A DNA stretch of 62,637 nt, counting the filler, from Sphacelaria rigidula (taxonomy: Eukaryota), in the NCBI GenBank assembly GCA_964200075.2. It is 4 parts of 4 records of this genome, joined end to end, with 100 filler letters (N's around TTAATTAATTAA, not from the genome) between each part and the next. Parts side by side here need not be neighbours in the genome. Positions count along the whole stretch, not along the records: positions 1 to 15,585 come from CAXNAA020001686.1; positions 15,686 to 31,270 come from CAXNAA020001687.1; 2 more parts are not named here. The stretch is one strand, 5' to 3'. Position numbers and translations under genes: made by a program. Positions 12,597-25,055 of this stretch are shown here, one piece after another. Each line of letters starts with the position of its first letter. Within the stretch, counting starts at the first letter, position 1. The notes below the pieces were generated by a model that saw only the letters and a program-made list of their open reading frames with translations, had not been told where the DNA came from and searched no databases.

Positions 12597-13747
12597 GTGG
12601 TATTAGCGAGATAACACTACGTAGTATTTTGTACTTTCATACACACTATTCTACGCGGACGAGAAAAGCCGTGCACTCACTTTTCGTTCTCGTCTGGACG
12701 ATTCGTTGTTCTTGCCACGATATGGACCTGAAATGACTATTATACCTCAATCACCGGCTCAGGGCCCATCACCACGAGCAGTGAACCCAATTGTTTCGAG
12801 CTCTCGACGAAATCCTAGAGAGGCTGTCCGGTATCGCTTCGTGCGCCGGATGAACGAACTCAGAAGACGGTGTGGTAACGAACAGCAAGAGTACTCGACT
12901 TACGATACGTTTAGAGGCTCACGGTACAACCGGCCTTCACAGCCTGGAGAAAGCCGTAGTAACAACGGCACCGACGCAGATTACAGGAGGTGCCAAACAA
13001 TTGAACGGATTCCCCCAGCAACATGCCTGGTTTGCGTGTAGCGGAGCAGGGGCTAGACTTCAAGTTATTGCACATGCGCTGGGATTCTCCATGGAGGTCG
13101 TTAGGCTCTACGGGCAAGCTTCGAGACCAAAATTGCTTCTGCCTTCATTTTTTTGCGCTCGTAAAAACCCAATACCATACTTTTGATGTACAAACTATTT
13201 CCCCACGGTACGTCAAAAGTCTGGCGCTATTACTCGGCAGTTGATAAACAGCTAAGGCAAGGTACAGCTTCCCTCCACGGTATGAGAAGTTGCGAGGTGT
13301 AAACCTGTCCAGCAATGTCAGCCTTGACTAAAGGGTGGTCGTAATTGGGTCGCTAGAGAGCTTTTGTCACCCGTACGCGTGTTTCTCTCTCGCAGCACCG
13401 GTCTTTTCGGGCATACAGTACAGCCCCACCGCTCGAAGCAAAAAACAAATACCCGCGTGGGTCCAAAAAGTGCACGTTGAAAATCTGTTCCCTCATGTTT
13501 ACACGCTGGAGCAAGTCTAGATGTTTTTGTTCTTGTACGCCATTTTGTTTTTCATCCTTTTAGAAATGGTATTGATATATCATAAGAAGAACGAAGCCAT
13601 AGAGATAGATAAAAATGGCAGGAAAATGGCAAAAATTGTTTTGAACCATTAAAGGATGGTGGTGGGGTTGTTCAAACAAGGTATAATTCAAATCTGGGGT
13701 GAAGTGATGAACGGGGTTGCCGGTTTTCTACGGGTCTTACTCCTTAC

Positions 13748-13892
13748 CTCCACGAATTCTTCCGTCAAAACCCGGAACCTGGAGATCTTGAGCATCCGGA
13801 ACAGCCGCAAAAGCCTCACCATTCTTACGACCTTAACTAGCTTCAAACTCCGGTACACGCTGGACGCTTGCCCTATCGCCAGTGACATTATC
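13748..13892 (-). CDS. CNBD K+ channel exon encoding the S4 voltage sensor
   Basis: gacag|G ATA...GTG GAG|gtaagg, phase-compatible with both neighbours. VYRSLKLVKVVRMVRLLRLFRMLKISRFR. Confidence 0.92.
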
Positions 13893-14519
13893 CTGTCTCC
13901 GTGTAACCAGCGCCGTGCACAGGGGGGGGGGGCGCCGTGCACAGGGGGGGGCAGGGAGCAAACGGATGAAAGGCATTGGGCAGGTGAGAGTATGTCAAGT
14001 GGGCACGTGCAAAGATTTATGGAGTAGTGAGATAATAAAAAAAAGGCGTTGCTTTTTTCGTTCATTTATCAGCACAAAACTCATTGATCTCTTTCAGGTT
14101 TATCATCGGCTCGTGTCCACCGTACACAGAGAGTAAGCACACTGTATCGTGTCTGTATTTGGAGTTTTGGGGAAAGTCGGTCCGTCAGTCCGTCTGACGT
14201 AGAGGCTGCTTGTTTACTGACTGGGCTCCATTTGACCAAAAACAGAGAAAAGTGACACACTGACTAGGTGGCTATGGGGGGAAGGGACGGAGGGGGCTTT
14301 GGTTTCAAAACAAAATGGGCTGATACTTATTGGTTTTATTGTGCCTGAGATATATCACTCCGAAGAGAGAGCGGGGAAGGGGGAAAGGCACGCGACTCTG
14401 TTCGTACTGCCTGAATGCACGCCCCGACCAGGTCTACTGGTACCGCTGATGCGATTAGGGCGGGGAAAAAACTTGGCTTCCGTTTCCACCAGGTGCGTTT
14501 AGTGAGGACTCTTCCTGCA

Positions 14520-14750
14520 ACATACTTGACTTCCACCATCGAAAGCGTCAAGATGTGAGGACCAGAAATAACTTGTTTTAAGTGAGTTTGTTTGACGAGA
14601 GTCGACGTGGCGCTGGCGTGTTGATAGTCATGATCCAATCCACGATAGCGAAACAATTGCAAGGCGTGGTGTAACTGGGGGGATATGGGCTGATGCCCTG
14701 AGACCACGAACTGGACCCGAGGAAACAAATCTGTTTGAAAGTGCGAAAAA
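14520..14750 (+). mobile_element. SINE family B copy
   Basis: gtttgacgagagtcgacg...gatagtcatgatccaatcc...ccctgagaccacgaactggacccgagg. Confidence 0.7.
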
Positions 14751-15200
14751 AAAACCTATACAGTATTCTTGTAGGATTCAAACATACACGGCATGATGAC
14801 ACCCTGACTGACCCAACTTGCTATTCTGCAGTGCGCATCACTGTTGATCTCCAACGCGACCTCAACCCACCAGACCATCCACGTCTGCACTTCATGGAAA
14901 CCGCAGACACTCATTGACAAGCGTTCAACACAGTAATCAAGCATGACGGAGTTAATGTGCCCTTCGTTTCTAGAGCAATCTGTGCAATCCCCTAGGTGCA
15001 CCTGACACGAGAGGGCTTCTCGTGTAGCTCGTTCTGTTTTTGGGTCTTTTCCAGGGACGCTGCACGAACGTGTTAACCATGGAGTCCACCGCGATGAATA
15101 CAAACGCATGCCCTGCTTGTGACGAAAGTGCAAAACACCGGAAAATCCAACCAAGATTACAAAATTTGGTATGTCATAAATGTGGAATCACGCATCGTAC

Positions 15201-15452
15201 CTGTCGAACGGCACCGTAGATAGAAAGTCAACGGCAAACCACCCCCTCAAGTAGCGGGAGGCCATGAGCTGGGGTGAAGTGACCAGAACATGACCGCTCA
15301 TGTAAGCGGTACGAAAGCTAAGGAGAATATCAAACGCGAAGGTGAAATCCGTCACATAGTCCAGTACTAGCCATCCTCCCTCCGCCACGCAGTCGAAGCC
15401 GATTCGAAACGGCACAACGATGACGCTCAATGCGATCAGTATCGCCGTGAAT
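15201..15452 (-). CDS. Voltage-gated/cyclic-nucleotide-binding K+ channel (KCNH/HCN/CNG-like), exon encoding S1-S3; gene is 5'-truncated by the contig end
   Basis: tttcag|A TTC...TTC GAC AG|gtacga. FTAILIALSVIVVPFRIGFD...DILLSFRTAY...RYLRGWFAVDFLSTVPFDR shows the typical CNBD-channel S1-S3 motifs (FRTAY, YLxxWFxxD). Confidence 0.92.
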
Positions 15453-15514
15453 CTGAAACATACGAGACAGGGATGACAACGGGGTCGAGGGCTGTGTGTG
15501 TGTGTGTGTGTGGG

Positions 15515-15585
15515 GATACTCATGATCATGCATGCCATAGTCATCAGACCATTGACCTCGCATCCCTACAAAGCCGGGACGGAGC
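15515..15585 (+). repeat. Interspersed repeat family D at the contig end
   Basis: tactcatgatc..gcatgccatagt..cattgacctcgca.ccctacaaagccg; copies at 23575-23647(-), ~25960-26102(-) and 36943-37040(+). Confidence 0.7.
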
Positions 15586-15685
15586 NNNNNNNNNNNNNNN
15601 NNNNNNNNNNNNNNNNNNNNNNNNNNNNNTTAATTAATTAANNNNNNNNNNNNNNNNNNNNNNNNNNNNNNNNNNNNNNNNNNNN
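15586..15685. other. Artificial contig spacer
   Basis: N44-TTAATTAATTAA-N44 (stop codons in all six frames). Confidence 0.98.
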
Positions 15686-16573
15686 ATCCTCCGGGTTCTC
15701 ATCCTCAATCAAAAGCACCATCCTCAACATAGATGATTGGCTGTTTGAATCACTTGGGAATTTTCGGGCTATTCGCCAAGACTTTTAGGGGCTGCTTGTC
15801 ATGAAGGGGAACACAAACCAGGCGCAGTGATCGTTGCTGTGGTACACGCCTGTTACGCAGCCCGGACCTGAGGCACAAGCATACATCACCTTCCAATCTC
15901 ACCACTGGCTCACGATGGGCAATAAATAGTGTGCACCGTAGCTGGTGATCAAGTATGTCGTTTGTGGCCCCGGGCAAATTTGTTGACAGCTGAATGAGAG
16001 ACACGATGATTCCTGTCAGAGGTGCCCTGCATAGCGCGCCCACAAACAGCCAAGAACTCTATCGTGAACATATTTTGTGTCATACAGACAACCGCCCCTC
16101 TTCCAATACCGAACATTTGGCCGTGAAACAAACAACGTTGTGTGTATAGCCAAGCACGAGCTAGCGCTAGGCGTATCGCGCTTTTGTACTGTGGAGGCAT
16201 TTGTTCATAATTGATCGGGATCGGTTCTTGTAGATGTAAGTCGTTTCAGGTACGGCCGTTGGCATTTATTTCTAGACCCCTTTCCGACTGCGTCCAGTGC
16301 CGAAAAAATCACCGGCCTTCCAAGGAAGTCCGTTTAGTGTTGCCTTGCTCTCTTTTCGCTATCGCCTTCTTTTTCCTGAAATGAGAAATCTTGCGGGTTG
16401 CTCTCGCGGGTTTGCCCCCATTTGCTCACGGCCACTGCGTCTCTTTCCGATGGAGTGTGACGAGGAGCTAGTAGTGTTGGCGCTTAAGTTGAAGATAACC
16501 CGTCACATCGTGGATATAACTTCTACTTTTTTTACAGCACGTATGTTACTACAGGCACACAAAACTACTCACC

Positions 16574-16844
16574 GCAGAGTGATGCTACGGTAGGGGTGCA
16601 CAAATAAATATTTTATGGGGTTAGAATTCTTAGGAGCCCTTTATCTCACGCAAAACGCGACCTATGAAAATATGTGAAAGTACGGCAGGATTACTCCTCT
16701 TATTAATGTGCTGGGGATATCCCGAATGAATTTGCGGACGGGGATATCCTGACCCATATTTTTGTGCATCTTAAATCGTTAAGAGCCCCTGAACTAGATA
16801 TAATTTTGCGAAAAAAGTGCACCCCTACCGTAGCATTGCTCCGC
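16574..16844. mobile_element. MITE with ~28-bp TIRs
   Basis: gcagagtgatgctacggtaggggtgcac ... gtgcacccctaccgtagcattgctccgc. Confidence 0.75.
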
Positions 16845-17449
16845 AAGCCGTGGTAGGAAGGGCTGTCAAGGTGAAAATTTCATTCGCAGTTGAGTCCGTA
16901 CCTGACTCGTTGTATGACGGAAACTCGTTTGCTTTAGTTTCGGACTGATTCCTCACTCTTCACTCGTATTGTAACTCAAGTCCTACGAGTAACCGGTTTT
17001 CGGAAATGACTCGTGTATTAAACGACCCACACAAAATGATTTTTCGGTGAATGACCCATCCGACTTCAGTCATATTTCACGTCATTTTTCGAAAGTAACT
17101 TGTTGTCATGAGTCGAGTGAGACCTGTCTTTGTATCCTTCCTCGGAAATGATTCGTCGTATAAAGCCAGTAGAACTCGTCTTCATTTTTAGGGAATGAAC
17201 CGGCGGAAAGAATGACGATACTCGGACGTTACCTTGCAATAGTGCACGAGCCAGGTGTTATGTTCTTGCGGTAATTTTTTTGTCGTATACTCTACACCAT
17301 GCAGGCTCGAGTTGCATGTCGACTCGATGGTTAACATGGTCGAAATTTGACGACTTTTCGGTACCACGCAAGAGGGGAAATCTATCACGATTCCTGACGC
17401 ATTGTCACGATCATCACGATCCAAAGAAAAAAAGAAGGCAGCGACAGCC

Positions 17450-18620
17450 CCATCACTAGCGCCCACCTGCCGCGCAACGAACCCAGCAATGCTGAGCTAC
17501 ACCTGGCACAGCCGCATCGACCATATACACTACTACTTGTCAAGAGAGAATTTGGGCGGCGTCGAGCCACTAACGAGTGACTGCGAGTCATTCGACGTAT
17601 TATGTGCACATCGTTCGTGAGCTCAGCACAAGTGTTGTCGACAATGAACCCGGAAGAGCTACGGCAAACACAAATTCTTGAATTTGGACCTCACCTTTAG
17701 CACCTACCAGGCCCAAAGAAGCCCCGATCTCAAATCCAGACAGCATTATTAATACCGCACTACTTCGAAGAAGTTGGACTGCTATTCCGATGGTATATTT
17801 ACCCGAGAAAGTGTGAAGGTGTCGTACTTTTCCTGAACAACTGGTAGAGTAGTACGTGCCACAGGCGTCAATCGACGATACTCTACAGTAATTGATTGTG
17901 TTTTGCATTCATCAAAACCATGCTTTGTTGAACGGACACACAACATATGCGTAGAGTACCAACACATCGCTCGCGGTAGCCAGTCTTTCGTGGGGAAATA
18001 GTGTTCTGCCCAATATATTTTCGAATTCAGTAAATGCAGCACGAAAATATGTTCGTCGACTGATATCAGTCTACGCTCTAATATTAAAATTGACAGCACT
18101 ACGCGAAACTTCCTCGCGCGCTCCCCCCGTCCACCGCACTCGAACCCTGACATACAGGGTGTGGGATGACTTCGACGTGGTCAGCACGACTCATTTAACG
18201 ACACTATATTGCTCTTGACGATAAGCTATCGAAGTTTTTTCAGGGTTGCCATCAGTGTGGAACATGATTGATATGTCTATTGAAAGTGAACGTTTACGCG
18301 CTCAGGTAAGGTGCGAGGCGGTAGACGCTGGTCCGGTGCCCCTCAGCCAGCGCCTGCAATTTGGCGTATTTCCTTCACGCGTTTCATTTACAGATACCAC
18401 ACCACCCTATTTGTTGACCTTGAGCCTATATCCTCCTGCGCCCTCGGCATGACAACACGTGGCCTAAGCGGCACATTCGACGAAAACGTATTCTATGTAC
18501 ATCACCGTGTCCGTTTATACGGACGTGTCGTTGGTTCGATGCGGTCAGCGTTGACGCCGCAGATATACTGCTTGCCGACCCCACCGAACCGGGGATAACC
18601 TCTTGCGACAACAATGCCAA
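17450..18620 (+). mobile_element. Degenerate LINE remnant (APE endonuclease and RT fragments)
   Basis: YTWHSRIDHI...SD resembles the APE C-terminal motif; YHTTLFVDLE resembles the RT motif LFVDLxKAFD; many stops and frameshifts. Confidence 0.5.
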
Positions 18621-18635
18621 TAAGCACCGAAACGC

Positions 18636-18817
18636 TCACTCGAACAGCTCGATGAACTGCATGTCCAGTGGCTTCGCCGACGGACCCGCAAAACGTGCGT
18701 ACTCGTCGAATATGGCGCTCAACGACCAGTTCTGTCTACGTCGAAGGCACCCCACGGCGCACCCCGTCTGAGTCTTGCCGCTGAGACAATGCACCAGGAT
18801 TGGGCGATTTCGATGGT
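18636..18817 (-). CDS. PFA-DSP/SIW14-like phosphatase, last exon (not in the ORF track)
   Basis: cggcag|AC CAT... gives DHRNRPILVHCLSGKTQTGCAVGCLRRRQNWSLSAIFDEYARFAGPSAKPLDMQFIELFE*. The spliced CDS is 684 nt (227 aa). Confidence 0.92.
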
Positions 18818-19917
18818 CTGCCGCGCGAGAGAGGAAGAAACGGACGGACTCAAATTAGCGGGGAGACTGGGAAGCTACATGGAAAAGAAGCTCGACAGGC
18901 GTAGAGTTACGAAGGTTGGTTTGATTGATTGATTGATTGATTGTCGCACTTTAACCGATCCCCCAGGGGTTCCGCCGTGGTCTGATTATAGACGTACTCA
19001 AGAAAAAAAGGTGTAACCACGAAACAACTGCAGGATATGCCCCTTGTGCTAGCTGTAGACTGATGCTTGCCTGGGAAAGATGTTACGTGCATGCAGTCGG
19101 TTGAGGTGGACAGGACCCTTCAAGTTCTAATTAATGTGAGATTTTTGAACGTGTTACGACCACCACCTTTGTGACTGCACTGCGACACAACCTGTTCAAC
19201 CTATCCTGCTGATTCATGTACTACTACGCGCCAAGGATGGAGTGTAGTGTGCACCAAGTAGTGCCAGCATTGCTTCGCTTCAAGCACCGACCCCAAGCCC
19301 CCCTATGCGTACCTATGCTGCAGCTCTTCAGTATGGCAACCGTACCTCGGCCACTATACGACGGTCTGCTTTTGAAATTCAATCGTTGTCAAGATGAACG
19401 CTGCCGACATAACCTGAGCCCACCTTCCACCTAGCGTAGAGCTGCCGACCCACATCTGCAACCGCTAAAATGTGAAAAGGGAACAACACTACAGCACTGC
19501 ATATGTTCCAATTCTTTCTGTAACGCCCTGAGCATAGGTTCGTTCACCTCACATGGCTACATCAACGATCAAGGGGATGCATCCTACTCTACAACGCCAT
19601 CACAACGTAAAAAACAGATCGCCTCCCGTGGATGCGACAATGGCCCCAGGGTACTTGGATAAAAGTTAATATCTGGCGTTGACCGCGTGGGCCATGCATC
19701 CCGTGAAACTGAGTATGCAGGCTATACCTGTCAGCTAATTTTAGCCACCGTTCTCGCTGTTTTTCTCGCAACCCTGCATACCAGGGTAGATCACCTGAAT
19801 CCCACTCATTTTGCGAATGAAAATGATGCCGAGTCAACAGATGGCCCACCCTGATGGTCAAAAGCCTTCTATGGAATAGAGTTGGTTCCTGTTTCCTCAG
19901 ATCAAGCTGATTCTCAC

Positions 19918-20152
19918 CACAAAGAAAATCAACAGCCTTGGACATTGCCGTGAGTGGCATGGACACAAACGGGTGGCTATTTTCGCCCAGATCACACATC
20001 TCCATCCTCACGCCAGCTTCTCGTGCCCACTCCAACGACGCCGGAAGGACGCTGTCCGGACACAAACAGAGTATGCTCCGCAGTCCAAGGTTTTGGAGGA
20101 AAGGGAAGTTGCACGCGATCGGGTATCCGCTGCGAAACACACCCTCGGATAC
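19918..20152 (-). CDS. PFA-DSP/SIW14-like phosphatase, exon 2
   Basis: ttacag|GTA...TGT G|gtgaga. VSEGVFRSGYPIACNFPFLQNLGLRSILCLCPD is the family signature. Confidence 0.92.
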
Positions 20153-20392
20153 CTGTAATGGTTGCACGAGTAGAGGATGCCACCGCAGTTGAACATCCAC
20201 GCAATTTTCAGCACACTACAGTGGCTCATACCCCTTGACACAACGGTACCGACAAAGTAGGCGAACAAATTCAAAATGAGGCGGGGCGACCCCGATTCTG
20301 GTTCAAAAATACCTCCTGCTAGTCAAGACGAGCAGCATTTTCCCTCGACAGCAGGTAAGAACGACTTGCGATAATTTATCTCTTCTACTCAC

Positions 20393-20659
20393 CATAGCGT
20401 AGTTGAGCGGGGGTACAACCATGGCTTGTGAGGGCAAGGTGAGGGCCGCCAGGCCCAGAAATCCAAGGCCAAACCCTTGGTCGAGCTCGAGTAGGTCACC
20501 ATCCTGCTCGTCATGTAGACCTGCTTGCTGTTCATCTTCTCGATGCAGCAGCGCTACCTCTTCATTGCTATTTCTTTGCAAAGCATTGTGATCAATCTCA
20601 TCGGTCTTGTCGGTGAATCGATGGTTTTCACCGCCGTAGCCTGTTTCCACCATCGCCAT
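20393..20659 (-). CDS. PFA-DSP/SIW14-OCA family atypical dual-specificity phosphatase, exon 1
   Basis: ATG at 20659; acidic N-terminus followed by VVPPLNYAM|gtgagt (family motif PPLNFxMV). Confidence 0.85.
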
Positions 20660-21377
20660 TTTTTGTCCACTTGCGCCACTCGCGTTTGAGTTTTCAGTAA
20701 TGACCTCTAAACAATGAAAGTGGGGTCATAACCCATTACAATACGCTATTATTTCAAGTATTCTGTCGATTTTGTAGTTTCTTGCTCTGCTTTTCTTGGT
20801 TAAGACGTGAGGACCACCCCCATCATTGTTATGGAGGGTAGGTTTTTTGGCTAAAAGAATATCATACGTGTTTTCCATGTGTATGCTTTGACTTCAGGCC
20901 TTCTTCCCTATCCGATCGCGGGCCTGACTCACCGAGCGAATGTGAAGCAAAACACAAAAGGACTGCTCTCGACCGTCGAGCAGGAACCGCCTGGGAACAG
21001 CATATCTCTTGAATAGTCGACATCGGATACGCAGTGTGGTTAGGCTTATTGAAGTCATCAGCATCAAAAGGCTTCACATACTGCGGATTAGAGCGACAGC
21101 GCGGACATTACAGTCAGTAGAGTACATTCTACTCAACTGACAGAGAAGCCTACAGTAGCAGTGCGGAATACCGGACGACACAACAGTACAGTGCCTTCAT
21201 CACAGGGTGGAGCCCACCACAGGAGCAGCGGACACGTATAAGTGGACAAGTGCAATATTACGGATTTGAAGATAGGAGTACACACTGCGTTACGTGAAAT
21301 ATTGATTTCAACTGCAAACGATCGAAAGGATATTACTCCACCGAACGGTTCGCCTCGACAGACATCTCGTCGCGATC

Positions 21378-21404
21378 ATGGTCAAGAAGAAGCCTATCCC
21401 GCTG
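21378..21404 (+). CDS. BMT2: Bmt2-type methyltransferase, probable first exon
   Basis: ATG GTC AAG AAG AAG CCT ATC CCG CTG|gtacgt (MVKKKPIPL), phase 0, joins VPPPVKSRKRAR. An alternative candidate lies at 23319-23360. Confidence 0.55.
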
Positions 21405-24400
21405 GTACGTTAAAGTAAGACTTCGCCTCTTGTTGGATATCTGCAGAGCACGGTTACGCCTGCGGACAATCGCTAAGAGTCTCATGTGTTGATACGTGTA
21501 GACGATGAAGTACTGCATGCGACTTGCCACACAACAGGTAATCGGTTCCGTGTTGCACCATCACGTGATCATGTGGCTGCCCAAAGTACATCGTCAGTAC
21601 CGTGACGGCACCTGTAGGCTCTTTGCCCAACAGAGTAAGTGTAGTACTGTAGGCTCGCAAGATCCTCGGACACCTGACCATGGTGTCTCGTGGATTTCTA
21701 GTACACAATGTACTACCGTCTGTCGCTTAATTTATATTCTGCGTATGGTGTCAATGCACTAGTCGTGGAGACTTTGGGAGAGTCAAGTTCCGCAATCGCG
21801 GGAGCTCATAGGAGACAGGGATCAGCCTTCCATGCAGTGATGTCGGCGACGGCCTTGTCGAAGTTATGCCCAAGTTCCACGCAGAGCCGTAATAAGTTCG
21901 CCGACAGGTGGGCGTACTCTCCGAGGGCGCGCGGAGTAAGCTGAAGAGGTGTCTTAGACGAGGATATGCAGACTTGAGAAACGAGCATTTCGCCAGGCGC
22001 GAAAACTGGGGCTAGTTTTGCGACACGTCAGATATGCATGCGCCGAAATTTTGTGCGTAATGATCAGCATGAAAAAATATCTCAAAAATGTGCCCATTTC
22101 GACGATTCGGCATCAGGATTACGCGGCTTTGTGGATTTCGTCACCTCGGAAAGACTTCCTGTCTTCTCCGAGAGGTTTCCAGCGCACCTCATCGATATTT
22201 CGCATCCCCAGTTTGACGTTTGGCTAAACCGGCCAAGCCTCGTCCAATGCACAAAAACCTTCGAGTTCTTTTACCGTGCAAATCTCAGAGTAACACGGTG
22301 CTGTTGAACCGTGTGAGAAATCGTTAGTCCTGCCAAGAGTAAAACTGGATGCACGGATGATCGAGTAGGTGCGCAATAATTTCCTCGGAAAGTGGAGCGA
22401 AAGTTCCTAGGTCTCACATTCCGTCAAGCTGCGAAGTTCGGCGACAATCGGTGCTGAATCTGAGCTGAATCGCCAAAACAGGTACTCTCCAGATGTGAAC
22501 ATTTTTCGTAGCACAAGCCGCCTTTTTCTCACAGTGTCTCGTTTCCTCTTGTCACATCCTGTCCGCCGGTTCTCAGCGGCGGATATCCCACTCCGTCCCG
22601 GCCTTTCATTTTCGGAATAACGGGATATCCCGTAGATCCCGTCCGCCGTCTTGTCAGAGGTGTCTGTCGCATTTTTTCATCCCGTGACAACTCGTCAAAA
22701 ACGAACAGTCGTTCGTGTAAAGCCCCATCTTGGCATCATACTGGGATCATGTTAAAAAAGCATGCAACCGCGCGTGTGCAACCTCTTCTTGGTATCATGG
22801 TGAATAGAATAGACGCACCCTCTCTCCGTAACACAGCGCACCCACCATAACACAGCGTGCGCTCTTATGACTGAGGGAATGCCTCGCTAGCATGGCTCTC
22901 ACCCGCAATCATGGACGTCTCCTGTCGTGCTGCTCCATAGTGTGCGTGTTTATCGTTTCAATCATAACAATAGTAGGTGCACTTTTTACTGTCCACCTGG
23001 ACGTCAACCCTGCCGAACACGGCTAGTACCGTTGTATAAGAGATGTTAGCACACAAACACAATACCGATATCGCTGCGCACACAAGAGAACGCGGGATCT
23101 TCTGTCGGTGCGAGGTGAGAGTAGCGACTCTAGTGTTGAAAGGTCCAAGATAATCTCACAGTTGTTCTCACAGCGCACAACCCTCATCGTGCAATGGCAC
23201 GTGCAAGATGATGAGTCCACCTCCAGAAAGTAAGACAAGCCACGAACTATTGATGTATTACTCCGTAGAAGTGTGTGATCAGTTTGAAGCCACCGCTCCT
23301 TTGTCTCCCGTAGGTCGCATGAAGAAGCAACGACACCCCCCCCCCCTTCATTACCCGAAAGTATGTTACACGGGAGGACGAGGGAGGTGGGGCATTCTGA
23401 AACAAAACATTGAGACCACTCTAGACCCAAGCAGTCACTGGAAATAATGGAACGAAGTACTGACCACACTGAGCTCAGCCCTGTGTGTTGCATCTGACAA
23501 CGCCAGCTTTGCACCAGACGTTTGTCAGTCCTCGATACCCCCCCCCATCCTCCTGGTCCGGCGACAACCCTGCGCGCTCCGTCCTAGCTTTGTAGGGATG
23601 CGAGATCAATGGTCATATGACTACGGCATGGAAGATCATGAGTACAACCGCCCCCCTCCTCAGTACACAATTGGTATGCCTAGCGTTGAAACTCACTTGT
23701 ATCAGCTGTTGTGTACGATCTGGGCCAGCCGATAGTTTTTTTCTCGGGTTACAGGTGATGCGGTTTTCCATCTGAGGATTTAGTTGCTGAAATTTTGACG
23801 CGACGTTTTCTCATCACACTCAACGTATCTGGAGATATCAAGGGAAGAAAAAATAGAACGTTAGAGCGGTTTCAAATTTCAGCAAAAACTGGAAAATGTC
23901 TCAATTCCATGAATAAAAAAAACGTTGGTATCTCCGGTCACGACTTCTCTACATGCACGCAGAAGATCGTGATAAAATTTCGGTTAGAAACTCCTCACTT
24001 GGGCCCAGGATGGAACCTTGTGTGTGACCCTGCTGCGCCTCGGTGAAAGTGGTACATCAAACTCCAGTAATGGGGGTTACGAGTACGAATCCCGACATGA
24101 CCTTTTTTTTTGCACACTCTGGTTTTCGTGGTTGAGGTAATGTTTTATGCACAACATTCTGGCGTTAGTTACATGAGGTCATTTCGGTACTTTCGCACGA
24201 GCTTCTGTACCCCACAGGCTCAAAACTGATCGTCCTCGCCTCAGTGCGGGTTGCTTTATTTCCAAGGTCTATCTGGAACACTTTCCCGCTTCCGTGGACG
24301 CCCAGTTGCAGAAGATCACCGTCAGCGCGTTTTTTTTTGCCCACTGTGAAAAAAAACGATTACCATCGGGGATTGGATCGAGTAAAAGCACTACAGCCCA

Positions 24401-24664
24401 GTCCCAGTTAGATATTTGTGCCTGTGCTCGTTGTATGTGACAATCGGCTCGGACCTCTCCTCCCATGGAGGAGCTGCTGACGAGCTTGATGTCATCTCGC
24501 AGCAATCCCAGTGCACCTTGACTGTGCGTGTCAAAGTTGTCACATGTAATTACGCCGCGTTTTATAAAAAGAAGAAACTCAGAACACGCCCCCACACGAC
24601 AAAATGAGACGCACCCGGTACTCATTGTAGCGCAATGACGCCATCGCCAAAACTACGGCAATCG

Positions 24665-25055
24665 AATAGCGGAGCCGTGCATAACCAGGCTGATTCGCAG
24701 ATCACAGCGATATGCTCACATCGGGCTGATTCGGGAAACTGAAGTTGCTGCATGCTAAGGGGTTTTACGTCTTACAAGTGGCCCAGCTCGTAGCTCCTGT
24801 ATTTTGTCAAGTTTGCCCGAATGCGTCACAACGCGTATCTTCTGCAGTCGCTTTTTTGTTGCCGTGTTCTGCAGTATCTGATATTCCCCCAAGATTGCGC
24901 CCCGGCGACCAACGTTTTTTTCTTTCTAGGCTGGAATCCCGCCAGCCGTCCTTTCCCGACTTCCTTCGTCCGACCACATGACAGCGGGTATTGGCAAACA
25001 CTGAAGATCGATGCGAGTCAACGGGCTGCTGAAGTTCTGATGCGATGCTTGATAA
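24665..25055 (+). pseudogene. Decayed coding fragment in BMT2 intron 1, homologous to 52005-52350
   Basis: RSRA*PG*FADHSDMLTSG*FGKLKLL..VAQLV versus RRCRVLPGLSALHSDMLPSGSFGKLAKL..LAQLV. Confidence 0.55.

Noticed and set aside
15686-16300. Possible PIF/Harbinger transposase remnant (LPGATND)
   Set aside because: A single short motif in broken frames; not enough support.
23319-23360. Alternative BMT2 first exon MKKQRHPPPLHYPK
   Set aside because: Phase-compatible, but it depends on a C homopolymer and lies within decayed sequence. 21378-21404 fits better, though this candidate is not excluded.
21806-24877. Nested antisense gene in the BMT2 intron (minus-strand exon-like pieces such as LTPRALGEYAHL..., GALGLLRDD...)
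   Set aside because: Splice phases could not be joined consistently, and homology with 52005-52140 is conserved in a plus-strand frame.
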